From Diplonema japonicum (lineage: Eukaryota; Protista; Euglenozoa: Diplonemea), in contig OZ025749.1 in assembly GCA_964019335.1 (NCBI GenBank), positions 124,001-188,000 of the forward strand: a stretch of DNA of 64,000 bases. The letters run 5' to 3'. A program made the translations under genes and the position numbers. A model generated the notes under the pieces. That model saw nothing but the letters and a program-made list of their open reading frames with translations, had not been told where the DNA came from and did not search any database. Below, piece after piece: positions 12,482-23,800 of the stretch (the first letter of the stretch is position 1; each line of letters opens with the position of its first letter).

Positions 12482-13216
12482 ATGAAAGAAGATGTAATCA
12501 TCAGCCTGGGATACCCAATGCTGCGGCGCTCGGACGTGGCGTACCGTCACCACAAATCGAAACTGAGGGGGATTTCAGGCAGGACCCCTGTGAGGGATTC
12601 GGGGAGGCGACCAAGGGAACCCCTGCTGAGCACTGCTGCCGAGCTGCGGATGAAAGAAGTAGACACAGAAAACGAACGCCTTCTAAACAGGCTTGAAGAG
12701 ATCAAAGCAAGAAAAGGCGAGAAAGTGAAAACGGTAAAAAAGAAGAACAGCAGCGGGCTTTTAGGAGAAATGAAGCTTAAGCACGACACCGATGCTTTAA
12801 AACGGCGCATTCAAAGCGCAAAATCAACATTAAGCCTACACGAGGTCTGTAAGGAACACAGTCGTTCAAAGGAGCTTGCCGTCAGAATCTCGCGGCTTGG
12901 CATTGACATTGCTAAGCTGCCAAACACTTCACCCAGAACATTGCAGCGCCTTGAGACAAACTGGCATCACACCACTAGCTCTGATGTTGCGGCTGTTACC
13001 CGTGCGCTTGATAGTAAACTCCTGGCCTCCCGCGTGCTTGACACACTTCGACAACTGGCAGTGCAGAGAAGTGTCGAGGCACACGTGGCGTTAAAACCTG
13101 CCCCACCGAAAATGCGGCCCCACCCACGGTATTGGCTTTCTTCTGCCGAGTTCAAGGTTCTCCCCCCCGACGTCCAGGAGGTTATCATGAGCAGTACAGG
13201 GATGCCTACCGGGTGA
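12482..13216 (+). CDS. CFAP97/KIAA1430 (hemingway)-domain flagellar-type protein
   Basis: YRHHKSKLRGI...LRMKEVDTENERLLNRLEEI...ALKRRIQSAKSTL resembles the CFAP97 coiled-coil pattern. ATG follows an A-run. Confidence 0.65.
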   Translation: MKEDVIISLGYPMLRRSDVAYRHHKSKLRGISGRTPVRDSGRRPREPLLSTAAELRMKEVDTENERLLNRLEEIKARKGEKVKTVKKKNSSGLLGEMKLKHDTDALKRRIQSAKSTLSLHEVCKEHSRSKELAVRISRLGIDIAKLPNTSPRTLQRLETNWHHTTSSDVAAVTRALDSKLLASRVLDTLRQLAVQRSVEAHVALKPAPPKMRPHPRYWLSSAEFKVLPPDVQEVIMSSTGMPTG

Positions 13217-13383
13217 ATTTTTTTTTTTTTTTCTTGAAGGCTTTTTCCTCTACCGAGTTCTAAGTCCCCCCCCCCCCCCCCCCCTTCCCCTTCGACGTCC
13301 GCGTGGGGAAACAAAAACGAGGTTTTTCCATCCCTCAAAAAAAATTTTTTTTTTTCTCCCAAGTTTTTTTTTTTTTTTTTTTT

Positions 13384-14150
13384 CGAAGCTGCATGGCATC
13401 CTGCCAAGGGGAGCAGGGAAGGATGTCAGGGAAAGGCTCGAAGGAACGCAGAGGTACCTGCTGGCGGTGGTGGGGGAGCGGGACGCAGCCCTACAAGCGA
13501 AGAGGCAGGAGGTGTACCACACACACCAGTGGCTGGAGATCACACAAGGTCAAGAACACCCAGTACCGTCGGACAAGGACTTCGGCAAGCTACCGGCAGG
13601 GGATGTCCTACGGGAGTACACGAAGGAGGTGCTGAGGTGGATGCGGCAACTGCGCTGGTATGCAGGCAGCAGGAACACGTCAGTGTCGACGGTGGAGCTG
13701 GCACTGGATTTCGAGAACGTGACCGGGAAGACCCTTGGAGGGAAGCTGGGGGATCTCGCAGAAGTACAGCAGAAAGCGAGGAGATTGCATGGACTGATGA
13801 AAAAGATCTGGCACACATGGGAGCTAGGGAGGGTACTGAAGAAGGTGAAAGGAAGGAGGGCCTTCCCAGCTGAGCCGAGCACAAGGGTGCACACACTACG
13901 ATCCATCGGGAGGACAAAGGCGGTGATCGGATGGAACAGGAGGGCGATATTTGCATCACCGAAGACCAAGCATGACCTAGAGGCGTTGAAAGGACAATGG
14001 GCAAGAGACCGAAGAGAAAGAGCGGCCAGGCTGGGGAGAAGGCCGGCAAGACCACCAAAGGAGGAGAAACCGCTGCTGAAAGGGGATAGGTGCAGGTAGA
14101 AGATGAGAACAAGGGGGCGTCTCACAAAGACTTCCTTTAACTCATATATT
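13384..14150 (+). mobile_element. 5'-truncated non-LTR retrotransposon fragment: C-terminal ORF region (open frame 13386-14099) plus short 3' UTR
   Basis: Starts abruptly after a T-run with no start codon. KLHGILPRGAGKD...RYLLAVV...LRWYAG...SVSTVELALDFE...AFPA...RVHTLR aligns with the C-terminus of the 39120-40655 element. Ends in TCCTTTAACTCATATAT followed by a T-run. Confidence 0.75.
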
Positions 14151-14215
14151 TTTTTTTCATAACGGAAAAATCAAAAAAAAAAGGACTCTAAAGAAAAAAA
14201 AAAAAAAAAAAACAA

Positions 14216-14889
14216 ATGGCAGACATGTGCACGCTGGTTCCGCCTCTGGTGGGCACGATGAAGGATTACAACCTGAAGGGGTTCCCCGAGGACTATGTGG
14301 TGTGGAATTTGAAGGGAAAAAAGAAAAAAAAAAAAAAAAAAAAAAAAAACAGAACCCGAGAGGTCTTCCGAGGATGGACTTCATCGACGAGGACGTGGCA
14401 GGGTACGTGAAGACACAGGGAGGTGCCACCGCGGTCCAGAAGAAGATTGACGAAATGTTTTCTAAGTACAAGCTTTATGAATACAAGATGGGGCAGAGCA
14501 AGGAGAGCCTGAGGGTGAAAATTCCAGAGATCACAAAGACGATCCAAATGGTGAAGCATCTTAAAGGGAAGGAAGACGGAGAGACCATTGACACTCACTA
14601 TGAGCTATCTGACGTTGTGTACGCAGAAGCAGAAGTTACTGAGAAACCCGAAAAAGTTGCCCTTTGGCTTGGTGCCAACGTCATGGTCGAGTACACCTGC
14701 GAGGAGGCTATCGAACTGCTTACAAAGAACCTCAGCACTGCGCAAACCTCCCTCGAAGTGGTGCTGGAAGACCTTGCTTGGCTTCGGGACCAGCTGAATA
14801 TCTGCGAGGTCAACATGAACCGACTTCACAACTTTATCATCCAAGAAAGGAGGGAGGAGAACGAAGCGAAAAAAGCAGCTGGGAAATAA
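14216..14889 (+). CDS. PFDN3: Prefoldin subunit 3 (VBP1); one intron
   Basis: NPRGLPRMDFI, YKLYE, LRVKIPEITKT, YELSDVVYAEA, VALWLGANVMVEY, EDLAWLRDQLNICEVNMNRLHNF. GT-AG intron 14300-14352 (alternative donor 14297) joins ORF 14216 to the 14227 frame. Confidence 0.93.
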
Positions 14890-15153
14890 AAAAAAAAAAA
14901 AATTGACTCCCCTCCCCACCCTCCCGGATTAGATTTTTAGAAGTGTTCTTCCTTAGCCGCCTTCTTTTTTTTTTTTTTTTTTTGAAAGTGTTTTTTTTTT
15001 TTTTTTTTTCTTTGATCATCATAAAAATACTTTTTTTTTTTTTTCGGAGGGTTCCTCTACTTTTTTTTTTCACCCCAACTTGTTTTTCTTTTTTTTTGTT
15101 TTTTTTTTTTTTCTTCTTCATACCAACGCCTAAATTTTTTTTTTGTTTCTTAA

Positions 15154-16863
15154 CCATCTACCAACGGACCATTTTTGCCCACCAGGGGGTAAATTTTCAA
15201 AACTTCAAAAAAAGCTATTCTAGCGCAACGCCGGGGCTATATGCCCCCGGAAATGCCTCCAGATGTCCCAATTCTAGAGAGAGGGTGCCCACAGCAGGGC
15301 CCACCCTCACAACATTGTCAAAAATATCGTTCCTGAAGTGCCCGAGAGGGGGTACAAAAAACAAGTCAAAAAGAATCGACTGTAAAATTCTGTAAAAAGC
15401 TATTTAAGGCCTTCTTGACGCGGTTCGTACGTGCCCCAGGGCTGGGGGACTTCTTTTTTGACCCCGAGAGGGGTTTCTGGGGGTATCCCCGGCAAGGTGG
15501 TAGTCTTTGAAGCACGGAGTCACGCAAAGTTGTACCAACAGGCTGAACACTGGAACTGGCGTCATTTCGACTTGCCATGCTTACACCGCACGTTGCGCTA
15601 CTTTTTCGGGGAAATGGTCCCAGAAGGTACTATCGCGGCGCATTGGGGTCTCAGGGCACTCGTTCTGTGTTTCGGGGCATGGTATTGGGGCAGCCTGCTC
15701 TGTAGTTGACTTTAGCTGTTGTTTAGACTGCCTTCCTAGTAGCCCTTCGATGACTGCCTCTTTGAAAGGCGTGAATCCACTGTCGTTCGTACTCAGGGTG
15801 TTGGGGGGCAAGGCTTCTTTCCAAACAAGCCAAGCATTTGCCAGAGATTTATCTAACACGTACGAAAATACTGGGGAATACGGGGAGCGGGATGTCCTTT
15901 CCGGCTTTCATTCTCTTTTGGCCGACACGTCAAATTTGACTTCACCAGAACATCCAACGTCGACAGAAAGCGCACAGGCTTGATGTCATGCCACGTTGTG
16001 GTGCAAAGGATGCTCACGTGCTGGTGGAACTGGGTGTCCCCACGGGGTGCGCGTCCTTGGGCTTGCGGCCTCGCTTCTTTGGGGCATCCGTGATCTCCGG
16101 GAGGCCTTCGCGATAGGTAGAAGTCAGCACGCTTGTTTGTTTCGCTGTGGAAACACAGATTTCCCAGAATAGTCAAAAAGCGGTCTCTTGACATGACGGT
16201 GGCACCCAGGGGTGTGGTTGAGAGGCGTGGAGCCAGTGCGCCAGTAGTCAGAATAATCTGGCTTGATATCCAAGTCCATCGACAAAAGGGCACCTAGGAA
16301 GGTACGCAGAGAAGCAGCATCGAGATCCAGGGAAACACCTTTTTTAGCTGCATTTGCCACATTGTTCGAAGTTATGACCCGAATAACGTTTGGGACGAGT
16401 ATTTGGGAGAATATATGGAATGGCGTTGAGCCTCTGATGTCAAAACAGGGTCCACAAGGATTCCGTTCTTCACGAAACCGGATGCCTTCCAACTGCTCCG
16501 GCTTTGCCGTCCAATCACCCTGCTGTGACTAGGAATCGGTCAAATTCGTATCAGAATCACTGTCCGTACCAAAATTGCATAATAGGGATGAGCCATCAGT
16601 GCTACCATCACTCATAATGTCCTCTTCCGGCCTCTTTCTGGGCACCCTTTTTTGAAGTGATTTTTAAGGGTAAATTTGGGCTGGCGTTTTTTTTTCTTTT
16701 TTCTTTTTCTTGTTAAGTTAGGGCAGCATTTAGTTTATATTTTTCATATTTTCCGCGCAGGACCTCGGATGCGAGAAGTGTCCGGGCTGTATTGCATTGA
16801 AAGCCCTTTGTGCAAAAGATTTTTTTTCAAATCGTCTCTATAAAGACGCTCGTTGGTAGATGG
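15154..16863 (-). mobile_element. Decayed, internally deleted piggyBac DNA transposon
   Basis: 13-bp TIRs: CCATCTACCAACG (15154-15166) preceded by TTAA, and CGTTGGTAGATGG (16851-16863) followed by TTTAA. Transposase remnants lie on the minus strand. Confidence 0.9.
15500..16615 (-). pseudogene. piggyBac transposase pseudogene
   Basis: Acidic N-terminus; LRTFLGALLSM...PDYSDYW...TP; MSRDRFLTILGNLCF; WHDIKPVRFLST; LDKSLANAWLVW; C-terminal cysteine-rich QCSAC/LCVTPCFKDYH. These are spread over several frames with stops, and most of the catalytic core is missing. Confidence 0.85.
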
Positions 16864-16953
16864 TTTAAAAAAAAAAAAATAATAAAATAAAACAAAAGGG
16901 AAAAGGGGTGGGGGACAAAAAAAAATATAAAAAAGATTAAGAGAGAAAATAAA

Positions 16954-18359
16954 ATGACACACGGCGGAGGGGGATTCAGCAGGAGGCCCGCGGAAAAAAA
17001 CAATAACAACAACAACAACAACAACGACAGCCTTGAAGCGGTGGTAAAACAACTCGGAGAAGGTATAATCAAACAAATAAAAAAAAAAAACCCCCCCACC
17101 CCCAACAAGGCATCGAAAGTTTATTGTCGATGGTCGACCGCGGTCTATGCGGAGAACCCTTAGAGACCCCAAGACCACATGGCAAAGCGTCATCCTCACT
17201 GAAAGTTGCACGGAGTCACCATCGAAGCAACAGTCACACTGCAACCCATAACAGGGTAGAAAGTCACACCACTCATCACCACTACAACCACGGTCCATCC
17301 GTGTGGAACAGGCTCCATACCAACGGTTCGGCGAAATCCACTGCACCTCGAAACGCGGAACTCAAGAAACAAACAATAGGAACAGGGCGAAGCGGGAGCC
17401 CGCAAGGCCTCCGATCGGAAAAAAAAAAATCAGCAAGCCCGCTTCCCGGAAGATATTCTAGACTGCAACGCTCTGCAAGCGCGGAACCGAGCAAACCTGT
17501 GAGGGTTTTTTCAAAATCAAACGGAAAGCGAACACCGTCGGTGTCGGTTGCGCGAACAACAGGAAGCGCAATGTCGTCCACCGTCGTGTCGAAGTCCAGT
17601 GTTTTAAAACTGGAAACCGTACCGGTTGTGTCACCTACTATCTCGCCAGCTACTGCTCCGGCGATGCCGCCTCACCTCTCTGAACCTATTCGTGCGCAAC
17701 GGCCTGCTTCTGTGTCTCCTGTTGTTCATAGAAAACCAGCCCCATGTCCCATTGTAGGCGACCCTAGCACGAGATACCCTGACATACACGAGATCATCAA
17801 AACGCAAAAAAAGAAAGCCGATTCACTCTCTGCGAAGATTAAGGAGACGGACGGTCCTGCGAGAAAGGTCGTGGAGCCCGTGGTAATCAACGCACCTGTA
17901 GACGCTGTGGCCGTTGTGGAGCCGGCGGTGCCCGCTCCCCAGCAACCTGTGAAGAAGGTATCAATGCCGATCCCAAAACTGTCGCTCGGCTCCGTGATCG
18001 AAAAGAAACAAACGGATCCTTCTTTTACCTACGAGAAGTTCTTAACGATCACAACCGGGGAGGAGGACATTAGAGCCATGCATGAGGTGGTGATAGGTGT
18101 GTGTTTTTTTTTGGGGGGGGAAAAAAAAGAAAAATTATCCACAGAAAAAAAGCAGCCGGAACCTGTGGAGAGCAAGAAGGACTTACCGCCGCCTTCTTAC
18201 GAGGCCACTCAGGCTCCCAAGAAGGCCGTTCCCAAGGTCGCGATTCCTTCTCTGGCGTTGAAACCTGTCTTGGAGCAGAAAAAGAACGACCCCACCTTCA
18301 CTTACGAAAAGTTTTTGACACTCACAACTGGGGAAACAGATTTGCGAGCCGAAGCGTGA
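16954..18359 (+). CDS. Hypothetical low-complexity protein with two ~40-aa C-terminal repeats; two introns
   Basis: ATG 16954. Intron 17063-17109 joins into ORF 17124 (QLGEGIESLLSM). Second in-frame intron 18097-18144 (alternative acceptor 18129). Confidence 0.7.
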
Positions 18360-19265
18360 GTGGGGGGGGGGGGGGGGGGGGATAGGGGTTTTTTGTTTTT
18401 TTTTTTTTTTTAAAAGGAGAAAAGAAAAAAAAAAAAGATAGTAAACAAAAAAAAAAGAAGGGGAAAATAATAAGAAAAAAAAATGAGGGGGGGAAAAAAA
18501 AGATACTTTGGTGGATCGCTGACACTCACCCCCCCTCCCCCCCTCTTTTTTTTCTCGGAGGGCAGCCCTCCATGAGGGGGGTTTGTCCTGCACTTTGAGT
18601 TTTCTTTGAAAAAGTATCCACGTCTTGTAACCACAAAGCAAGACATCATTACCCTGAAATGGATTTTTTTTTTTACCCTCTTTTTCTTCGTACGAAGTTG
18701 GGTGTGTGTTTCCCATTTTCTTGTACCGAAGCGGAAGTAGTTCCTTGTGTAGTGCGGAGTTCGAGGGGTGGGACTAAACCCAGGGTAGGGGAGAATGAGT
18801 GACTATTTATTTCTTATCTTTTATAAAAAGGGAGAGGGGGAGGGGGGGAGAAAGATGTTGGAAAGAAAAATCTGCTCTCCATCGGGTAGGAACTTCTTCT
18901 TTTTTCTTTCTTTCTCTTCTTCTTCTTCTTCTTCTTCTCCCCATTACTATTATACCACACCCCTCCAAACTCCACAGCTTTCAAACAGTTCTCAAATTTG
19001 TTCCCCCCCCCCGTTTCCCTCTATGACTCATTCTCCTTTAGTATGTGGTGAAAAAAAAAGAAAGGTGTGATTTTAAAACTTTCTTTCCCCCCCTATCCCC
19101 CCGCTCGCCCCTACGCTTTTTTTGTTTTTTGTTCACCCCCCTTTGTTATTTGATTTTTCTTTCCCCCCCTTTTTTTTTCTTTGTTTTTTTTTTTTTTTTT
19201 TTTTTTTCCCTCCCTTTTTTTTTTTATATATATATTTGGTACAAGGAGGGGACGGCGGGGGAAAA

Positions 19266-20579
19266 ATGGAGTTTAAAAACCGAGTGTCGAGTCAGGACTC
19301 GTGCTTGGCCGAGGAACGAAGGACGGAACCAGTATGCATTCTCAACACGGATCAGACGAACCTTTTGGTGAATGACGAGGAGAAGGAGAAGGGCGCCGGC
19401 GGCGGCACGGCCCTGGGGGTGTACCTGAACATCCTGAAGAATATCATGGGTACCGGGATGCTAGCTGTACCATACGCCCTCTCGCTGTCCGGGTGGGGGA
19501 CAGGGTTGGGACTCATGTGCGGGATAATGACAGCCGCCATGCTGAACTTAGTGTTCATTATGAAAAGCTGCGACTATGTTAAAGAAAGAGGCCAGGACCC
19601 TACAAGCTACCTCACCTTAGCAGACGCCGCTTGGGGTTCGAGAACAGGGAAATACGTTGAAATAATAGTTGTGTGCTACACCTCCTGCACGCTGATAGCA
19701 TATGGTGTTCTCATCCCACAGTTTTTAGCGGAGCAACCCCACCTCCCGTGGTGGCTGACGACCAAGGCAACAACAATGGTCGTCGCGTCCATATTCCTCT
19801 TCCCCCTCTGCGTCATGGATTCCATCGAAAAACTGAAAATAACCTCGCTTCTCGGCAACGCTGTGATATTATACACGGTGGGGCTTGTAGCGGTGAACTA
19901 CACGGGAATAAACACAACGCAAGGACAGGTCGTAGCAGCGACAGAAGGTATCGCGGTGCTGCAAGCCATCCCAACCCTCCTCTTCGCTTACAACTTCCAC
20001 TACAACATGCCCGTGTACTACAGGGAGCTGAAGAATCGGTCTGTTAAGAAAATGTTGTGCATCGTAGCGGCGGTGTACGGTACTGTGACGGTGCTGTATT
20101 GTGTGATTGGGTTGCCGGGGTACTTTTCGTTCGGAGACACTGTGAAGAGCAATGTTGTTTTGAATTTGTCGGGCCTCTCTGCTGACGTCTGCAAAGTTCT
20201 GTTGGGGTTTATGGTGCTGTTCACGTATCCTGTTATTCACTTTGCGTCTCGTGGCGCGCTCGGTCGGGTGATCGTCTCACCTACGGGAGCCCTCTCGTTC
20301 CGCCAGCGGGGTGCTCTTACCATCGGTATCATCACCGCCACGATGCTGCTCTCCATAGGTGTGCCCAACATCGGCGTTGTGATCGCCCTCAACGGGGCTA
20401 TTTTCGGTGTTTGCCAGCATTACTTCATCCCCACCCTTGCTTTTTACACCCTGTCCAAGGGCATCGCCCCAGAATGGCAGCGCAAGGGGTCCCTCGGTAT
20501 CTTCTGCCTCGGTGTTGTGGTGGGAACCCTCGGCCTCATCGGGACAATACGAAATCTGATAAGCGGTAGCTCTAGATAA
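19266..20579 (+). CDS. Amino-acid transporter, AAAP/SLC38 (Aa_trans) family
   Basis: LNILKNIMGTGMLAVPYA, LLFAYNFHYNMP, GYFSFGDTVKSNVV, about 10-11 hydrophobic helices. ATG at 19266. Confidence 0.92.
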   Translation: MEFKNRVSSQDSCLAEERRTEPVCILNTDQTNLLVNDEEKEKGAGGGTALGVYLNILKNIMGTGMLAVPYALSLSGWGTGLGLMCGIMTAAMLNLVFIMKSCDYVKERGQDPTSYLTLADAAWGSRTGKYVEIIVVCYTSCTLIAYGVLIPQFLAEQPHLPWWLTTKATTMVVASIFLFPLCVMDSIEKLKITSLLGNAVILYTVGLVAVNYTGINTTQGQVVAATEGIAVLQAIPTLLFAYNFHYNMPVYYRELKNRSVKKMLCIVAAVYGTVTVLYCVIGLPGYFSFGDTVKSNVVLNLSGLSADVCKVLLGFMVLFTYPVIHFASRGALGRVIVSPTGALSFRQRGALTIGIITATMLLSIGVPNIGVVIALNGAIFGVCQHYFIPTLAFYTLSKGIAPEWQRKGSLGIFCLGVVVGTLGLIGTIRNLISGSSR

Positions 20580-20812
20580 ACGAGAAAAAAAAAAAAAAAA
20601 GAAAGAAAAAGTAAGGGGTTGAACGAAGAAAGAAAAAAAGAAGGAAGAAAAAAAAAAGCAAAAAAAGAAAGGAGTGGGGAGGTGTGAACCGTACAAAATG
20701 TTTTACTTACTTGTTTTCTTTTTTTTTTTTTTTCCACCCATAAGTTAGTATCTCTTTGTAGGAGGAGAAGGGAGGGTTCTCTCTCTTTTTTTTTTTTTTT
20801 TTTGAAGTAAGC

Positions 20813-23800
20813 ATGCCGATGATGTTGCCAATTCTGGCAGGTGTGTTGCTGAGGTTATCCGCGGTACCAACGTTTACACTGAGCCCATCAACGATCACGG
20901 GCAACGACAAAGGGACGGGAGGGACGACGACTGTGGTGGTGGGATGCAACGCGAATGACGTTGGACAGAGCTGCGCGAGTGCGGCTGTAACAGTCACCGG
21001 GACAAGCGTAAGCGGTGTGAGCGTAGCAATGCCCGCCGGCGCCGTGACATACACCATCTCAGGTCCCGGTGTGACCACTGTTGCTGTCATAATAACAGAT
21101 AACGCAGGCGAAGTTTCCGCGCCTCGCACGTTGACCTTTAACATCGGTTCGATCAACGACCCTCCTGTTGTCACAATGGGCGGCACAATGTGTGCCCGTA
21201 ACGCTGCCACCCCATGCGGTGCGGCCCCTACTATAAAAGAAGACGCAGGCGCCCAAACCGTTACAGGGTTCTTTCGTTTCGACACCGACGACCCTCTCGT
21301 TACTCCGCTGCAGTCCGTCGCGTCAAAGACTATCACGTGCACCCCCAACGCTTACTCCTGCACGGGTGACCCTAGCTGTGGGACAGCGCTTTTCACAGCA
21401 CCGCCTTCCATCACAGGGTGCACGACGGCTGGTACCGTGCAAACCTGCAACTTGCAGTACACTGTCGCGCCTGATGAGTTCACGGAAGGCCTCTCGCCTG
21501 GTGAGGTCACATGTACCGTCGATGTGCGCGACAGTGGTGGGACAGCCGCGTGCGGTGGTACACCGAACTGCGACACTACAGAAGCATCGTTCACCGTGAA
21601 AGTCACGCCTGTAAACGACCCTCCTGATTTTGCCATTACTCCTGGGTACAACATCGATATTGTGGAGGACTGTGCCTGCGCGTGGCCGGCGTGGTGCTCG
21701 GGGGCAGCCCCGCAGCAACAAGCGACGAATATATTCTCGACGCCCATGTCCGCAGGGAAGTACAACGAGATCGTGCAGCCGCCGGGCCAGGTGGTCACCG
21801 TGAAGTCCGTCACGGTGAACGACCCGTCCGCCTTCGAAACACTGCCTGCAGGGTCGAACTTGAACGCTAACGGTCAGCCAACAGGGAATGAAATACACGT
21901 CGACGACATGGGAAACGTGTTCTTCACACCAGCAAAGGACCGCACTGGTGTCTTCACCGTGACAGTTGTCGTGGAGGATGACGGTGAGGTGCCCTGCACC
22001 ACACCTTGTACAAACCCGCGCGGTCCTGACAACCAACCGCTTCAAGCGACCTCGCAAACCTTCACCATCACCATCGAAGAGGTGAACGACCCGCCTTTCG
22101 TGGAGCTCTCGACACGCGTCATCAACGTGGACGAGGACTGCGGCCCGCAAGACTTCAACGAGTTCATTATGGAGATCACCTCCGGGCAGGGGAGGTACGC
22201 CCCGCTCCCGCATCTGTACCCCACGCCAGACGAGAGGCCGCAGATTGTGGTTCTGCAGGACCCGACGGGGCCGTGCCCTGCGGGGTTCATGTGCGCGTCG
22301 AAATTGGAACTAATCCCTCCTGAGGCAGAGGCGCTGTTTAAAGCAGTACCTGTGTTAGACAACACAGGGCCGTTTACGAATTTGATGCGCAACACAGCAA
22401 ACCTACAGTTTGAATGTGCTGCAGACAGATCGACGACGCACTACAACCACGTCCCGTGCGGGATGCTGCCTCCGAACTGGGCGCAGAACGGTGTTCCGAA
22501 CCCGACAACGCCAAACTACTGGACGCCACCCACGACACCCACACTACCCAACAGCCCGACAGGATCTGTGCGGGTGAGGATGAACTTCCAAGACAACGCC
22601 GGGCTGAGCCTCGGGGGGTGCGGGCAGGACGCGTCCTTCATCGAGTTCGACATTGTGATCCACGAGAAGAACGACCCGCCTTCTTACACGCTGCGTCCGA
22701 TGCCCACACTCACCATTTTTGAAGACTCGTACGGGGTGGACCCTGGGAACGGGCTGCAGTGCAAGCCCCCAACAGACACGGATAGGCACCCTTGCGGTCC
22801 AGAGGAACCGAAGGAACTGAAGATCGACAACTGGCTGGCGAATTTCACAACCGGGAACTTCTTCGAGGACCAGTTTGAGAAGCTGACCTGGCTGTTCACA
22901 ACTGACCACGGGGAGTACTTTTACGACGGGCCGAAGATCGACCAGTACCAATGCCCCTTTGTGGACGACATGAAGTCGTTGAGGATGACTCTGGAACCGC
23001 ATGCCACTGGTGTTGCGACTGTGTACGTGGACTGTGTGGACAGTGGGATTCTGCCTATCAAGTGCGGCGAGGAGCTGTTCCGGATTGAGATCCTCGCGAT
23101 CAACGACCCGCCCGACGCGTGCCCCGCCATGAACTCCGTCACCTACAACGAGTGCGACCTTACCACTGGTTGTGTGTATGAGGAACGCTGGCTGCGTAAC
23201 ATCAACCCCGGCGGCGGTGCAGACGAACGCCAGCAGACCGTCTCCGCGATCTGCAACTGGGGCCCGAAGGGGACAACCGCAGCTGACCGTGAGCGTGAGC
23301 TGTTTGAAGGCCAAGTCGCCCTTGACATCCACACTGGAGACATCAAGTTCACACTAAAGGAGTATGCACAAGGAACAGGGTGGATTGACTGTACGCTGCG
23401 TGACGATGGCGGTGTGGGCCCCACGCTCACTGTCAACGGGACGCACTGCGATCTCGACGAATGGTCCTTCCGCTTGGGTGTCACGGTCAACCCCATCAAC
23501 AACCCTCCTACATTCGACTTCGGAACGGCAACGCACGGCATGGACCTCGTCCTGGAGGAGGACACACCCATGCAGACGATCCTCGGCTTCGCCACAAAGG
23601 TCTCGCCGTCATTCGACCCACAGGAGCGGACACAAAGTATTGCATTCACCTGCGTCGCGGATGATCCGAGCTTTTTTACCACACAGCCTTCGATATCGCT
23701 CTCTGCTGGGTCCACGGAGGGCGACCTGACCCTCGAGCCGACACCAAATGTGTATGGGACGACCGTTGTACGCTGTGTGTTGAAAGACGACGGGTCGTGC

